Of a DNA stretch of 64,000 bases, positions 34,806-47,879 are shown one piece after another; the stretch's first letter is position 1, and each line of letters opens with the position of its first letter. The stretch is from Podarcis pityusensis (taxonomy: Eukaryota). The notes beneath the pieces were generated by a model that saw only the letters and a program-made list of their open reading frames with translations, had not been told where the DNA came from and ran no database searches. Made by a program: the position numbers and the translations under genes. The stretch lies in assembly GCA_964106645.2 (NCBI GenBank), contig OZ067051.1. The stretch is one strand, 5' to 3'.

Positions 34806-35515
34806 GTTGGAAAACTGTGTTCTCTCCTGTATTAACGTTTTGTGGTTTGTATATATCTCGTGATTCACTGCATGCCTCCCTTATCTTTTTTGCACTCTGG
34901 AGGGGGTAAAAAGTCCTGCTTTTCTGCTTTGGGAACAAACAGTGGGATAGAGGAGAACGGGGGAAAGAGGCAGCTCCTCGTTTCGCTGCTGATTTATCCT
35001 CCTTTGGCTCAGTGATGCTTTCCCCGTTTACATCTTGACAACGGAGGCGCACTCCTGCAGCTGAGTCCTGTGTTCAAAAATGTCACATGGGAAAAGCAAT
35101 ACAAGCTGCCACCTCTGCGAAGGACACAGAAATGACCCCATGTGTATGACCTTATCTGTGTCTGCTGGTCACCTTTCCCATGTGACGTTTTCACACATTC
35201 CTGGAAATGCCTCAGGGGCGTTTGGAAGCATTGGAAATGTTTCCCTGGAAAAGACTCCTGGTCTGATCAGGTCTGTGCCTTGGAAGGGGGCAACAGCCGA
35301 AGATGCAGAAAGTCTCTATAGTACAGCAGATTAGCGTTGAAACTTCCCGTTAAGAGATTGTGGGATCTCTTGCAGGTACTGTTTGTCTTCAGAAGTGTAG
35401 GAAAATGCCTCTCTGCCATCATTTTGCTAAGCGACTGGTATCCATGCTTCAGTTCCAGGTTGGGCAGTGCTTGGACCTGCCATGTTACCAGGGTAGCTGG
35501 TACCTGTAGCTAGTA

Positions 35516-35861
35516 CAGTGGTGCCCCGCAAGACGAATGCCTCGCAAGACGGGAAACCTGCTAGACGAAAGGGTTTTCCGTTTTTCGATGCGCTTCGCAG
35601 GACGAATTTGCCTATGGGCTTGCTTCGCAAGATGAAAATGTCTTGCGAGTCTTGAGATTTCTTTTCGCTCCCCCCCCCTTTTTCTAAGCCGCTAAGCCGC
35701 TAATAGCCTTTTAGCAGCTAAGCCACTAAGCCGCTAAGCCTTTAATAGCCACTAAACCGCTAATAGTGCTAAGCCGCTAATAGGGTTGCTTCGCAAGACG
35801 AAAAACCGCTAGACGAAGAGACTCACGGAACGGATTAATTTCATCTTGTGAGGCACCACTG
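35516..35861. mobile_element. Tc1/mariner MITE with internal (TAAGCCGC)n minisatellite
   Basis: TIRs CAGTGGTGCCCCGCAAGACGAA / TTCATCTTGTGAGGCACCACTG; TA TSD. Confidence 0.85.
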
Positions 35862-35954
35862 TACTGGTATCCAAGGCAGCGAGGGCCTGGGCATCTGATG
35901 GTGGCACCTGCAAATTAGATGCTGTGTTGAAATCCTCAGGCCCCTGGGACGTCT

Positions 35955-36245
35955 CTCCAGTTCTGGGCACTACAATTTGAGCAGGATATTGACAAGCAGG
36001 AACATGTGCAGAGGAGAGTGACCAAGATGATCAGGGGCCTGGAAACTAAGCCTTATGAGGAATGGTTGAAAGAGCTGGGTATGTTTAGCCTGGAAAAGAG
36101 GAGATATGAGAGCCATCTTCAAATATATCAAGGGCCGTCACGTGGAGGATGTAGCAAGCTTGTTTTCTCCTGCTCTGGAGGATAGGACCTGAACCAGTGG
36201 ATTCAAGCTTAGTCGGAGATTCCGACTAAACATCAGGAAGAACTC
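35955..36245 (+). mobile_element. CR1 LINE ORF2 fragment
   Basis: Reads CAGTTCTGGGCACTACAA...GACAAGCAGGAACATGTGCAGAGGAGAG...AAACATCAGGAAGAACT, homologous to the 13635 copy. Confidence 0.8.
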
Positions 36246-37891
36246 CTCTCCTCTTTTTTAAACCCAGTCTGCCACTTTGCATGCTGAAGGCTGGCATGTG
36301 TAATGTTTTGTCCATAGGCCTTGTCTGGCAGCTCCTTTTAGGTTCTCCTCCGATGTCTGAAACTCTCTTCCTCCACCTTGCTTGTCTGCTGCTGCCTGTG
36401 TTGTCTGCCTCTTTTTCTGTTCCTCTCTCACTACTGGCATTGAGGGCTGCCGCTTTCCTTCTTTGGTGTCGGCAGTAGCTTGCGTTAGGCCCTGCGCTGA
36501 TGCCTGTCGTGTAGAAGTAGCAAAGCAGTGTGCTGTCTCCAAACGCCAGGACTGTTGACTGCAAGCCAAGGCCCTCTTCGCACATGACACTTTCCCCGCA
36601 ACATGGGTGTAGTCAAATGTCCGCCTTGCCCGTTGCAAAAAGTTGCCAAAGTGTCTGTCCTGCCACAGTCGCATGGGTTTAGAAGTTGCTGCGTCTGCTG
36701 CCGTTTCTGGACGCACACACACAATGGTGGCAAAAAGTAGACATTTGTACGCTTTTACAGCTTGTATGCTTGTTTTTGTTTTATACAGACGACAACTCTG
36801 AAAGGCTTTGGACCTGAAAATCCCACGCAGGCAGGTCCACTTGCTTCCTGATTTCTGTCTGCCAGGTGGAAGTTGTGCTGCCTGTGTGGGATTGCTTGAT
36901 CTGAAGCCACCCACTTGAGTGGGGAAAACACTAAGAAAACCTGAGTGTTCAGTACAGAGAAGAGCTTGGAGATGTTTCATGGAGAACCTTTTCCAAGGAA
37001 TCCATTTAAGCACGTCTACCAAATTTCCCTGCAAACCGATGTTTACTTTTGTGCGATCAGACTTCCCCCTCCATTGTTAAATTGAAGCCTGACAGCCAAT
37101 GTGCCCGACTAAGGCCACGTCCTCTCCTCTTTGGGAACTGAACTGAGTGCAGTGGTTTAAAATAAAAAGAAAGAAAGATAAGTGATCAGGGATGCCTGTA
37201 TCTCAATGGGCAAACAAGCCCAGTGTTCATCTTTTATTATCATTTAGGCTTTATTCTGGGGTAACGTTTTCCTTCCCTGAAGATGGGTCCCATTGAGGAA
37301 CCTGTTAAAATAAAAGCACAGGAATGTACAATCAGTGTACCATTTTTGTGTGTGTATGTATGGTAGGGAAAATCTCATCTTGTATTCAGCCCTGAATTCT
37401 GTAACTTAGGAGGGTTTCTGTGAGGCTACTCATAGGAATTATTTCACCTTGCCTTGTAATCACCAGCAACAAAGCTAGTTTTCTTTTGAGGACACACTAG
37501 ATCAAACTGTTGAGAGGAATCCTTTTGTCTTTGTGAGGTTTAATGAGAATTGGGGAAAACCCTGGCAGAATGTGGCCAAAATCAGGCCAGTTTGGGAGAA
37601 CAGTTACACTTCCCACTTAGTAGAAAGCAGATTTTTAAAAAGGACCTTCCCTGGTCGTTCTGATTGCCATACTTCATAACTGTTTGGTTCAGAGCATGTC
37701 TGTATGTAGCCCATAATGCTCAGGTGTGTTCTGAACCACCTTGAAGTCCTCCTCTAGCTTGGAATGCAAAAATGAATTTGCAAAGCTTCTAAGCTGCTTC
37801 AGACTTCAGATGAAGGGGCGCTTCACCACTCACTAGTTTTGATAGGCATCAAATGCTAAATCTTGCAAGAGGGAGATAATTTCACAGGCAG

Positions 37892-37892
<1 letters not shown>

Positions 37893-37930
<38 letters not shown>

Positions 37931-38540
37931 TTTATTTATATCCCGCCCTCCCCAGCTGAAGCCGGGCTCAGAGCGGCTAACAACAATCAAATAATCCAAC
38001 ATTCTAAAAATATTTCATTATAAAAATTAATAAAAATCAAATTGATGGCAACCGTTAAGCAAAATTCTGTGCAGATTGCAGAGGAGGGAGTCAGGCTGCG
38101 CCCTGACCAAAGGCCTGGTGGAACAGCTCTGTCTTGCAGGCCCTGCGGAAAGATGTCAGGTCCCGCAGGGCCCTAGTCTCTTGTGACAGAGCGTTCCACC
38201 AGATTGGAGCCGCAGCCAAGAAAGCCCTGGCTCTAGTTGAGGCCAGCCTAACCTCTCTGTGGCCTGGGACCTTCAGGGTGTTTTTATTTGCAGACCGTAA
38301 GTTCCTCTGTGGGACATACCAGGAGAGGCGGTCCCGTAGGTACGAGGGTCCTAGGCCGTATAGGGCTTTAAAGGTTAAAACCAGCACCTTAAACCTGATC
38401 CTGTACTCCACCGGGAGCCAGTGCAGCTGGTATAGTACCGGATGAATGTGATCTCGCAGCGAAGACCCCATAAGGAGTCTCGCTGCGGCATTCTGCACCC
38501 GCTGGAGTTTCTGGGTCAGTCTCAAGGGCAGCCCCAGAGA
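37893..38540 (-). mobile_element. L2 LINE 3' portion with (TTA)n tail
   Basis: Translates as LGLPLRLTQKLQRVQNAAARLLMG...LHWLPVEYRIRFKVLVLTFKALYGLGPSYLRDRL... Confidence 0.92.
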
Positions 38541-38713
38541 TAGCATGGCCCTGGACATTTCAACGGGCTTCGATTCTTCCCTCCCTGCCCCCACTACCTT
38601 CTGCCCTACAGTGGTACCTTTACATAGCAAAACTGAAAGGGGGTATACAGATAGGAAACCAACACCAGCGCTGATGGTTTTTCGCTCTCTTGTCCACTTT
38701 CCTCCCTTTCCAG

Positions 38714-39305
38714 CTCTTTGCCCGAGGAGAAAAGCAAAACCAGCTCCTCCTTCGACGCCTGCCCCAAGCCGAGCGAGAAACAGGACGCCGAGCAAGCGGA
38801 AATTGACCCCGAGCACAAGCGCAGCCGCGCCCGGGAGCGCCGGCGTGAAGGCCGCTCCAAAACGTTCGACTGGGCCGAGTTCCGCCCCATCCAGCAAGCC
38901 CTGGCTCAGGAGAGAGCCAGCGTGGCGGACACTTCCAAAGGCAGCGGCACCCCTTTGGCCAAGGAGCCCGGCTCCACGGATGCAGACCCCGGGGAGCTGG
39001 AGAGGGAGCGTGCACGGAGGAGGGAGGAGAGGCGCAAGCGGTTTGAGAGCCTGGATGCCCCTGACGGGGGAGGCCCGGAAGACTTTTCCCGCATGGAGGT
39101 GGACAGGCTCCCGGGGCTGCCCAGCCCTTCGGAGACCAAGCCGCAGAACGTCCACGTGGAGATCGAGCAGAGGTGGCACCAGGTAGAGACGACCCCTCTG
39201 CGCGAGGAGAAGCAGGTCCCCATAGCCCCTCTACACCTCGCCCATCCGGACGACAGCAGCGAGGCTCTCCACAAACAGCACCTCACCACACTCCTGGAGA
39301 AGGAG
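38714..39305 (+). CDS. MPRIP: MPRIP exon (SLPEEK...REGRSKTFDWAEFRPIQQALAQER...VHVEIEQRWHQVETTPLREEKQVPI...LLEKE)
   Basis: Acceptor ttccag, donor GAG|GTAAA, phase 2 to 0. Confidence 0.96.
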
Positions 39306-40767
39306 GTAAAATGGAGGGAGGGAAGAGGGCAGGTGGGTGGGACGGGCTCCTCCAGGCAGGCTGGCTTAGGACTGATGGGAGTTCAAGAAGCCTAGCAGTG
39401 AGCCATGGAAGAAACAGGGGGATATGAGGTTAAAGCAGGGGGCTTCAGTTCTCTTGCTCACACTAATCTCTTCCCGCCCTCTCTCCATTTGCAATTTGCT
39501 TACGGTCACTTTAAATATGGACGAGGCACGTTAAACTGGCTTACCTTTCCTCTTTAACTCCCGATAGGGCAGGGCTAGGGAACTGGATCTGTTTCTGTCC
39601 CACCCTTTCACTGCCTGCCTGTCAGATCACCTGGCACCCCATCCAGCGATGGGGCGTTCGTGAAGTCCCCACCATGGTTGAGACTTCAAAGTGCCACACT
39701 GGGTTTGCAAAGAGCCCTGTTACCACTTTGGAGTGGCAATAGTCAGCAGGTCATTGGTACTTCAGAGCAGCAAGCAGGGCTCTGTGCAAGCAGCAGGGAG
39801 CTTGCACATAGCTCTGCTCGGTGCTTTGAAGGCCCTTTCAAGGACTGGTTTGCCACGTGCAGCCGAAGCGATGGATCCCACAGAACTTGAAGTCCAAGCT
39901 CCGCTCTCTTCTGGGATCAGCCATCCTGCGGAGTTCCCTCGGCAGTGACCGCCAAACTCTTTGGCCAGGATACAATCGGGAGCACCTGTGACATCATGCG
40001 TGGGGCTTGCATGTGGGCGTGGCTTGTGGGAAACAGCCTTGCAGGGCGAATTGGAATTCATGCTGGGTCACATTGTTGATTTTGCAAAGCATTGCTCTCA
40101 TTGTTGTAATCCTCTCTGAGTATAATCTGGGAAGGCAGCATGCAGTCAAAGGGGTGGTGCTGAAATTTGGCCCATGGACCAGAGGTTCCCCATAACCTGT
40201 GATATTACTGGTCCTCCTTAATTATCCGGAGATGGATCTAAATTGGCAAGCCTCCCCACTCTTGTGGGATATAAGAAACCATTCCCTCTCTTCCCTCTAC
40301 ACGGGAGAGAAGTGTCCAAGTGTGTAGACCTCCATGGCTTCATTTACTTGGAGAAGCTCACCTCACCTTGGCACTTCTGCATCTTCAGCAAGTGAATTAT
40401 GTTTAGTTTATCTGACCTCTTCTGCTGTCCTTGTAGCATCTGCTGTTAATGAGCCAGTCCTGGGGAGGGGGAAGAAAAATGCAAGCCAAGCCTCACCCAT
40501 CATCTAAGCCCATGCCTTTGGGGAGAAACTGGAGATGGAATGGCTTCCTAGAGCACGATGGTTCCTGGAGAAGTTCTTCGCTTAGTTCCTACCCCAAAGC
40601 TTGGTATAGAGAAGGAGGAGAAGCTCCTGTTAGGAGGTTGCAGGAGAAATCCATCCAATTCACCCAACCAGTTTGTATAGGGCAGCCGGTCACCGTGCCG
40701 GTTTGGAGTTGTGGATGTTTTTGAATGACGTCTTTGTGGTCTTCTCCCTTTCCTCTTGTGCTTGCAG

Positions 40768-40884
40768 CTGGAGCAGAGCCAGAAGGCAGCCTCTGAACTC
40801 CTGGAGCAGAACCGCGCTCTGCAGGACCAGCTGAAAGTAGCTTTGGGCCGTGAGCAGAGTGCCCGGGAAGGTTACGTCCTGCAG
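40768..40884 (+). CDS. MPRIP: MPRIP exon (LEQSQKAASELLEQN...REQSAREGYVLQ)
   Basis: Acceptor ttgcag, donor CAG|GTAGG, 117 nt. Confidence 0.96.
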
Positions 40885-43800
40885 GTAGGAGAGCAAGGCC
40901 AACGTCCTACTTGGTTGCCGTCGCTCGAATTTAATCTGTGGGACTTCAGTCCAGGGTACTTGTGGGGACGCACCTGGGTGGGAGACACAGTTTGCAAAAC
41001 CTTCAGTCCTCCACGTCGTAGGGGTGAGAGAGAAGCTTTTTGTATTACCCTCTTTTCTGTAGGTACAGAGCAAGCTCCTCTTTTCAGTACTGCACTAAGC
41101 AGCCTTGTTGCTTGGGAATTCTGAGAAATCATCCCAGTTTTGAAAGCAATGGTTTAAATCAGAAGAGTTTCGGAAGGTTCGGTCCACCATCTCCATTGAT
41201 AACCACGTCTGGTTGTATCCAAACGTAGACTAAAACCTGCCTCTTGATCTTAGGAAACTTCGTGGAAAATTGGGTTGCAGTATCTTAAGAGGTGTCAAAA
41301 TTGATAGCAAACAAGCCACTTTCCAAAGTATATAGTTGACAATGTAATTTGCTTCTAGGGCTGTGTGCGCCCCCTCTCCTACTAACTGATCCAGGGATGC
41401 AACCCAGGGAACACCCAATCTGCATCTGATCCTGACTCATTTTGGTCAGTGGGGTTAAATGTTTAATTGGGGTTTTTAAAGCCTATATGGGCAAGAGAGA
41501 AGGAGACATGGCGTCTCCTCCATCACCCCGCTGACTACACTGCTGAGAGCGGGAGGGTTCAATCCTGCTGGGTCCTACTCTTCTACCATGTTCCCTAGCT
41601 GATGAAGCAGACTTCTTGCAGGGGAGTAAACATAGCTCCCAAGCTGGTGTGTGCCATTGTCAGTTTGCATACATTTCAATTAACAATAATTTAAAATTTT
41701 AAAGCATTAGTTGCTTGATTAAGTGAGGGTGCCTTTGGGATTATTAAAATGTATTTCAATTTAATGCCCACTCTTCAGAGCTGCAAGCCTAATATTTTTA
41801 TTTTGTAAGTAGCTTTGATAAAGAGCGACACCATGCTACAGAGGCATCCTTCCCTTTTCATAATGTGTTCAACCTTCTGGAACAGTTGGCCTTCTGTCCA
41901 AGACTACCCAAGTCTCCTGATGGAGAGAGATCATCTTTTGGAACAGAATCTCTTGCATACTGACAAAAGAGAGCAGATGCTGCCCATTTGCTAGGTTATC
42001 TGTTGTGCCTTCAGCCTGATACCCTGCACCTATGGCTCCTTGCTATTTTGCCATTTGTGTAGGTGACAGAGGTGGCATTGTGTGGGGTGAACCTCCTTTC
42101 CCTGGGGGACACTGGCAGATTAAGATCACTGTACAGATTGCCTGGCTCAGAATAATGGGACGAATTCCATCAGGTCGCACCAGATAAGCTAAATGCTTCC
42201 TCTCCTTTTAACTGGGCCCAATAGGAGTACCTTTGCTTGTAGGACTAAGAAGCTAACGATGTGATCCTATGTCTCTCTACTCGGATGTAAGTCCAATTAA
42301 GTTCAGTGGGACTTGCTCCTGGGTCAGCGTGCATAAGATGGCGCTTTAAGAGACCTTGAAGAATTGGTGAAAGACTGATAAAGCAGGCATGCTGGTCACC
42401 CCAGCGGGGAAGCAAATGACCCTTGTGAAAAGCAGATGGTTGCAGCTTCTGGGGAGCGTTTTTGCCAGACTCCTCCCAAAACGGCAGAGCCCGGGTGAGC
42501 TCCTAATCCTTTGCCTCCTTCCCATCCCCGGTCCATAGCGCTGATGTTGCAGAATGTTCTGCCCAACAAGACACTGCATATCTATCTACAGGACTCGATC
42601 CGCGTGCATGTTGAACTGAGCCCCTCTTTGAGCTCTTGCAACGTAACCTTTCCTGCGTGTGTCCTGCCTTGAGCTCGATGGCAAGTGGAGCTTCTCCAGC
42701 CCATTCAGTGCTAACAGAAGTTGAGCATGACTGTTTTTCCTCTCTCCCCCCCCCCCAAGACACCAGTTGTGTCTTCTGCCTCCTTTGGGGCGAGGGTGGA
42801 GAGGGTCACTCTACTAATCTCTCTTGGGTGTGGATAATATTGCATGGGTTGTTTTTTAGGGGTTTGGTTTTTTGTTTTTGGGTGTGGAAGCATGTAATCT
42901 GACTTATTGTACCTGAGTGTCACATCTATGGGCTGTCCCTGCCAGCGATTACGGTACAGCAAGACAGGCCAAATTATCAGGCTTAGCGCTGTGCTCCTCT
43001 TGCCTCTTTCTGTTTGTGTATTCTTCAAGCCACATGATTTCTGTCCGACTCTTGCATGATTCTCTGTGTGTTTATTCCCCTGCCCCCTTGCATGCAACAT
43101 GGCTTTGGTTTTGAATCTCTCCGAGGGTTTCCTTGTTCTGACTTTTATGTTCTCATCATACTCCTCCTTTCCTCTCCGCTCGTCTTGATTTACAGCAAAA
43201 CACGGGTAGCAGACAGATCTAGAACTTCCGCATTTTAAACTTCATTCACATATTACACACACAAATATATTTTCCACGAGAAGGAAAGCTATAAGACGTT
43301 CGCGGCAGGGATCAGTTCGCAGCTGCCATCTCTTCAGGTGAGGGGAGAGCAATTGTGTCTTCTCAGTGGCCTTCATTCCTCCAGGACTTTATTTACCTGA
43401 AGCTCTGAATCTTTTGCTAGGCAAAAACATTATGCTCTAACTGTACACCTGCACACACACAATCCAGCAGTTAGACTCACAGGTCAACCCACCCCAAAAA
43501 GTCAGGGTGGGTAACACAAAAGTGAAAATAAAACCCCAGCAAAACAAGATAAATATTGATTTAAACCCATCCCTTCCAAACTTAGCCTCAAGCTGCAAAA
43601 GATAGTTCCTAGCAGGTAGGTCTCCCAATGCTTCAAAGAGTTGCTTGTTTTATCTTAGTATATTCGAATTGCCCGCCCCCTCACAATTTTCACTCCTTTC
43701 CAAACCTTTTTTCTACTTGTCCCAAGTCATCATTTCTCCTGTGGTGTTCTCTTCTCCATCATTTTGTTTTCTTTTGTTTTAATTTGTTTTGTTCCTCTTA

Positions 43801-44069
43801 GGCTCGTTTGCGTTCAAGCTGTTTCAATGTTTTATCATCCGTGTTGTCTGTTAAACTTGAAGAAGTGTTTCCTTGTTTCCCTGAGCAAAAGGGATTTAAA
43901 AAAAAAAAGAAAGCAGACAAAACTGAAACCATCCAAAATTGGAGCAGATGGGTAGTGATCAAACCTATGCAAGGAATTGTTCTGTGGCCCAACTTGACCA
44001 GAGGTGTGACACTCAGAACTGGGAACCGAGAGTGCTACTAATCTCCTATTTAATCAATTTTTTTTAAAG

Positions 44070-47000
44070 ACCGAGGTGGCCACCCCCCCATCGGGGGCCT
44101 GGCAGAGGCTCCATAAAGTCAATCGAGACCTCCAGAGTGAGCTCGAAGCCCAGTGTCAGCGGCAGGAACTGATCAACCAGCAGATCCAGTCGCTTAAGCG
44201 TAGCTATGGGGAGGCCAAGGATGTGATCCGGCACCACGAGGCAGAGATCCAGAGCCTACAAGCGAGGCTCAGCAATGCCGCCGCAGAGCTCTCCATCAAA
44301 GAGCAGACTCTGGCAAAGCTGAAGAGCGACCTGAAGGCTGAGCGGAAGAAAGCTCAGGAGCAGATGGAGGAGTGGCAGCACAGCGAGGAGGCGCTGAGCT
44401 CGCAGCTGAAAGCCAGCGAGCAGAAGCTCAAGAACGCGGAAGCACTCCTGCTGGAGAAGACCCAGGAGCTGCGAGATCTGGAGACACAGCAGGCTCTGCA
44501 GAGGGACTACCAGAAGGAAGTGCAGCGGCTCCAGGATCGGATCGCTGGCCTCAGCCAGCAGCTGAGTGCCAGCGAGCAGTCCCAGATGCTGATGGAGGAG
44601 AAGCTGCAGAGGAATTACGAGGCTTTGCTGGAGAGCTGTGAGAGGGAGAAGCAGGTCCTCATCCAGAGCTTGAAGGAAGCGGAGGACAAAGCCAGCGAGT
44701 ACGAGAACCAGCTTCAGAACAACGAGCAGCAGATGGAGGTCTTGCAGAAGGAGAAGCTGTCCGTCAAATTTGAAAGCAGCGAAATTGTCCACCAGCTGGA
44801 AGAGCAGCTCGAAATGAAAGAAGCCAGCATCCAAAAGCTCGCCGAACACATCAAGAGCCTTGAGGAGGAAAGGGATCAGATCAAATGCCGGTTCCAAGAG
44901 CTGATGAACCAGGTTGCCGAGTCTGATAACGAGGTCGCCAAGCTGCAAGCCAAGCTGCAGCTGGAGGAGAGCAACTACCATGCCCTGGAGCACTCCTACG
45001 AGGTGGTGTCAGGGCAGTTCCAGAACTTGCAGGCGGTGCTGAAAGAAAAGGAGGAGGAGCTAAGAGTGGTGAGGGAAGCCCACTCGAGAATTGTGGAAAA
45101 TAAGGACCCGGAGCTTGCAGAACCTTTCTTAAAAATAACTGCCGTAAGTAGCAGTCCAGAAAACGTGGAAGATCAGCAGACGCAAGACGATGAGTTGAAA
45201 ACATCAGCTGGTGAGAGCTTAGCGCCGTGTGTTGTGACGGAAACAGGTGGTCAAGTTGTGGAGCCAGCACAACATTCACAGCTTCAAAGACTTCCAGTCT
45301 CAGAGTGCATGCTCACTGAGGATCAGGGCCCCAATATCAGTCACAGGCAGATCTGTGAGCACCCAGCAGTGAACCCAGAAGAGTGTAGGTCTACCTCTAA
45401 GTCTACAGACCTTCAAGAGAGAGAGATTTGCCAGAAGGAGTCTGCAAAATTGGACACAGAAACCCCGGGAGCCAAAAGGCAAAGGATACGTTTCTCCAGC
45501 ATCCAGTGCCAAAAATATATCCACCCTGATGGATCTGAGAAGATGTGGACCAGCAGCACTTCATCAGACACCAGCCAAGACAGGTCACTTTCAGAGGACA
45601 GCATGTCATCAGAACCAGCTCCGAGTTACCCAGGCACAGGCGATTCGGAGACTTACCTGTCTATCATCCACGCCCTGGAAACCAAACTTTTCATCACAGA
45701 AGAAAAGCTCAAAGATGTGACCATGAAACTCGAAAGCCAGCAGGGCCACAATCAAGACACCCTCATCACGCTTCACCACCAGTGGGCCAGCACAGAAGCA
45801 CAGCTGAGGGAGCAGCTTCAGGAGAGCTTGGCTCAAGTCAGCAGGCTGGTCTCACAGCTGGAGGGCGAGAAGCAAGAAAAACACAAGCTGCTTGAGAATC
45901 ACATCCATGAGCTGGGAAGGTTCCATGGGAGAAACAACCAAGCCTTGGTGTGCTTAGAGCAATGCAGAGAACAGCTAAGAACTTTGTCCAGATGTGACAC
46001 GGAGCAAGAGAGAGAGGTGCTTTTGGGTGTCCTGTCGAATACAGAAACTTCTTTAACGGATGCAGTCCTCGTGTTGCAACAGGCACTTTCTTCGCCTGGT
46101 CATCTGGCAGAAGAATTGTCTGCAGCCCAAGCACTGCATGCAGAAGGCAGCAGCTTGGGGGAGGAGGAGAAAACTGCCCTCCAGCAGCAACAAGTGGGGT
46201 TTTCTGAACAAGACCAGCTGCAGATGCTTTCCAGGAGGGTAGCTTTTGAAGCCAGCTTGATCAACCAGATAGCAGAGTCCCTAACAGATGCAACCTCCAA
46301 GATTTCCTTAGCCCTGAGAGAGATTCATGGTTCGGTGGATGCAGTCTTGCTGGAGCCTTCAAATATTTCACATATTGCAGTGGCCTTGGCTGATGTCTTA
46401 TCTAAAAAGCTAGTGTTGGAAGATGAGTTTTGGAGCCAGGTGGAGGAGCTAAGGAAGAATTTGAGTGCCAAGGAAGAAGAGGGGAAGGGAAAGGTGGAGG
46501 CCCAGTGTTTAAACATTCCTCAGTGCCTCATTCATTCAGTGGCAGACAGCACGCTGATTAAAGCAGAGCTCAGTTTTGTTGCCCAGAAAATGAGAGAGTC
46601 CTTTCATCAGAGATTAAAGGCCATCGAAGAAGACCTCCACAACACCAGAACAGCCCTTCAGCAGCACAAGTGCATGCTGGAGGAAATCATTAAAGCATAC
46701 CAGACTCCTGAATTTGACGGCGTTATGCATCAGATTTCCAAAGCCCTTGAAATCCAAGAGGGAACTTCAGCTTGGGATGCCAGCCTTTCTGGCTTCATGC
46801 CAGAAGCCCACACTTTGCAGGATCTTGGCAGTCAAGCTCTAGCCGCCGTTCAGGGCGATCTTGCTCAGCAGCTCAAAGACAGAGCAAATGTCCTGAAAGA
46901 AATATCTGCTGCTCTCCTGTCTCTGTCCCCTGACGAGGCCCTGAAAGACTGCCGCAAGCTGCTAAGGATTTCTTCCAGTCCTCCCTACGATATGTGTCTG

Positions 47001-47879
47001 GGGGATCTTGAGCGCTACTCGTCTCTGCTTGTTCAAGATGCGATTATCCAGGCCCAGGTCTGTTACGGGGCTTACAGGGCAAGGCTGGAGTATGCCAAGG
47101 AGGCACGGCTGTACAAAGAGTCCCTGCACAATGTGGATGCTCTGTGTCAGGAACGCATCAGGGCAGTTGCCACCCTCCGGGAGGAATATGAAGAGCTGCT
47201 CCGAAAGCAACAGGGCAAGTATGCTGAGATGATTGCTGTGCTTGAAAGGGAGAATTCGGAGCTCAAGGCCAAAGTGGAGCAGCTTGATAATCAGCGGAAA
47301 CTCCTGGAAGAAGAAGAACATAAACAGAGCAAGAAAATACTGGAGCTTCAGGACACGTATGAAGAGGAGATCCGGAACGTGGTTGAGCAGCTTCACAAGA
47401 CCGAGGATGCTCTGAAATCAGAACAGACTGAAGGGCTGCAGCGACTAGATTCTCTTGCGCGGGATAAGCTGAACTTGGAGACTTTCCACCTTGAGCAGAT
47501 CCAAACTCTAGAGGACAAGTTTCAAGTCAAGATGAAGGAACTGCAGGTCTTCCACAACGAAGAGCTGCTGGCCTTGCAGAAGCGCTACGAGCAAGAGCTG
47601 CAGTGCTTGCAAGCATCTCTGGAACAGTACCAGAATCAGCACTCAGAAGCACTGCCTGCTGTGGCATTGGATGCGGGAGAAGCATGGGCTGCTGATGACC
47701 CCGCTGGCGGGGTGCAGGGCTCAGAGAGTGAGCTGAACGCCATGCACGGCTTGAGAGAGCGCATTCAAGAGCTGGAAGCCCAAATGAACATCATGAGAGA
47801 TGAGCTGGAGAACAAGCACCTCGAAGGCAATGCGTCCACTCTGAGGGAGAAATACCAGAAGGACTTTGAGAACCTTAAG
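44070..47879 (+). CDS. MPRIP: MPRIP giant coiled-coil exon (1,270 aa; TEVATPPSGAWQRL...YQKDFENLK)
   Basis: 3,810-nt open frame, phase 0/0, acceptor tttaaag, donor AAG|GTTTTT; heptad-rich E/Q/L/K composition. Confidence 0.9.

Noticed and set aside
35684-35780. CRISPR-like or telomere-like repeat array
   Set aside because: It is a degenerate TAAGCCGC minisatellite inside a mariner MITE, with no spacers.
36258-37034. 258-aa minus-strand ORF
   Set aside because: No recognisable homology and no ATG at the called start. Nearby + strand acceptors also give early stops.
38091-39179. 362-aa minus-strand ORF as a novel chimeric gene
   Set aside because: It is a chance fusion of the antisense shadow of an MPRIP exon with the L2 ORF2 remnant.
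44256-44993. 245-aa Leu-rich antisense ORF
   Set aside because: It is the antisense shadow of CAG/GAG/CTG-rich coiled-coil codons in the giant exon.
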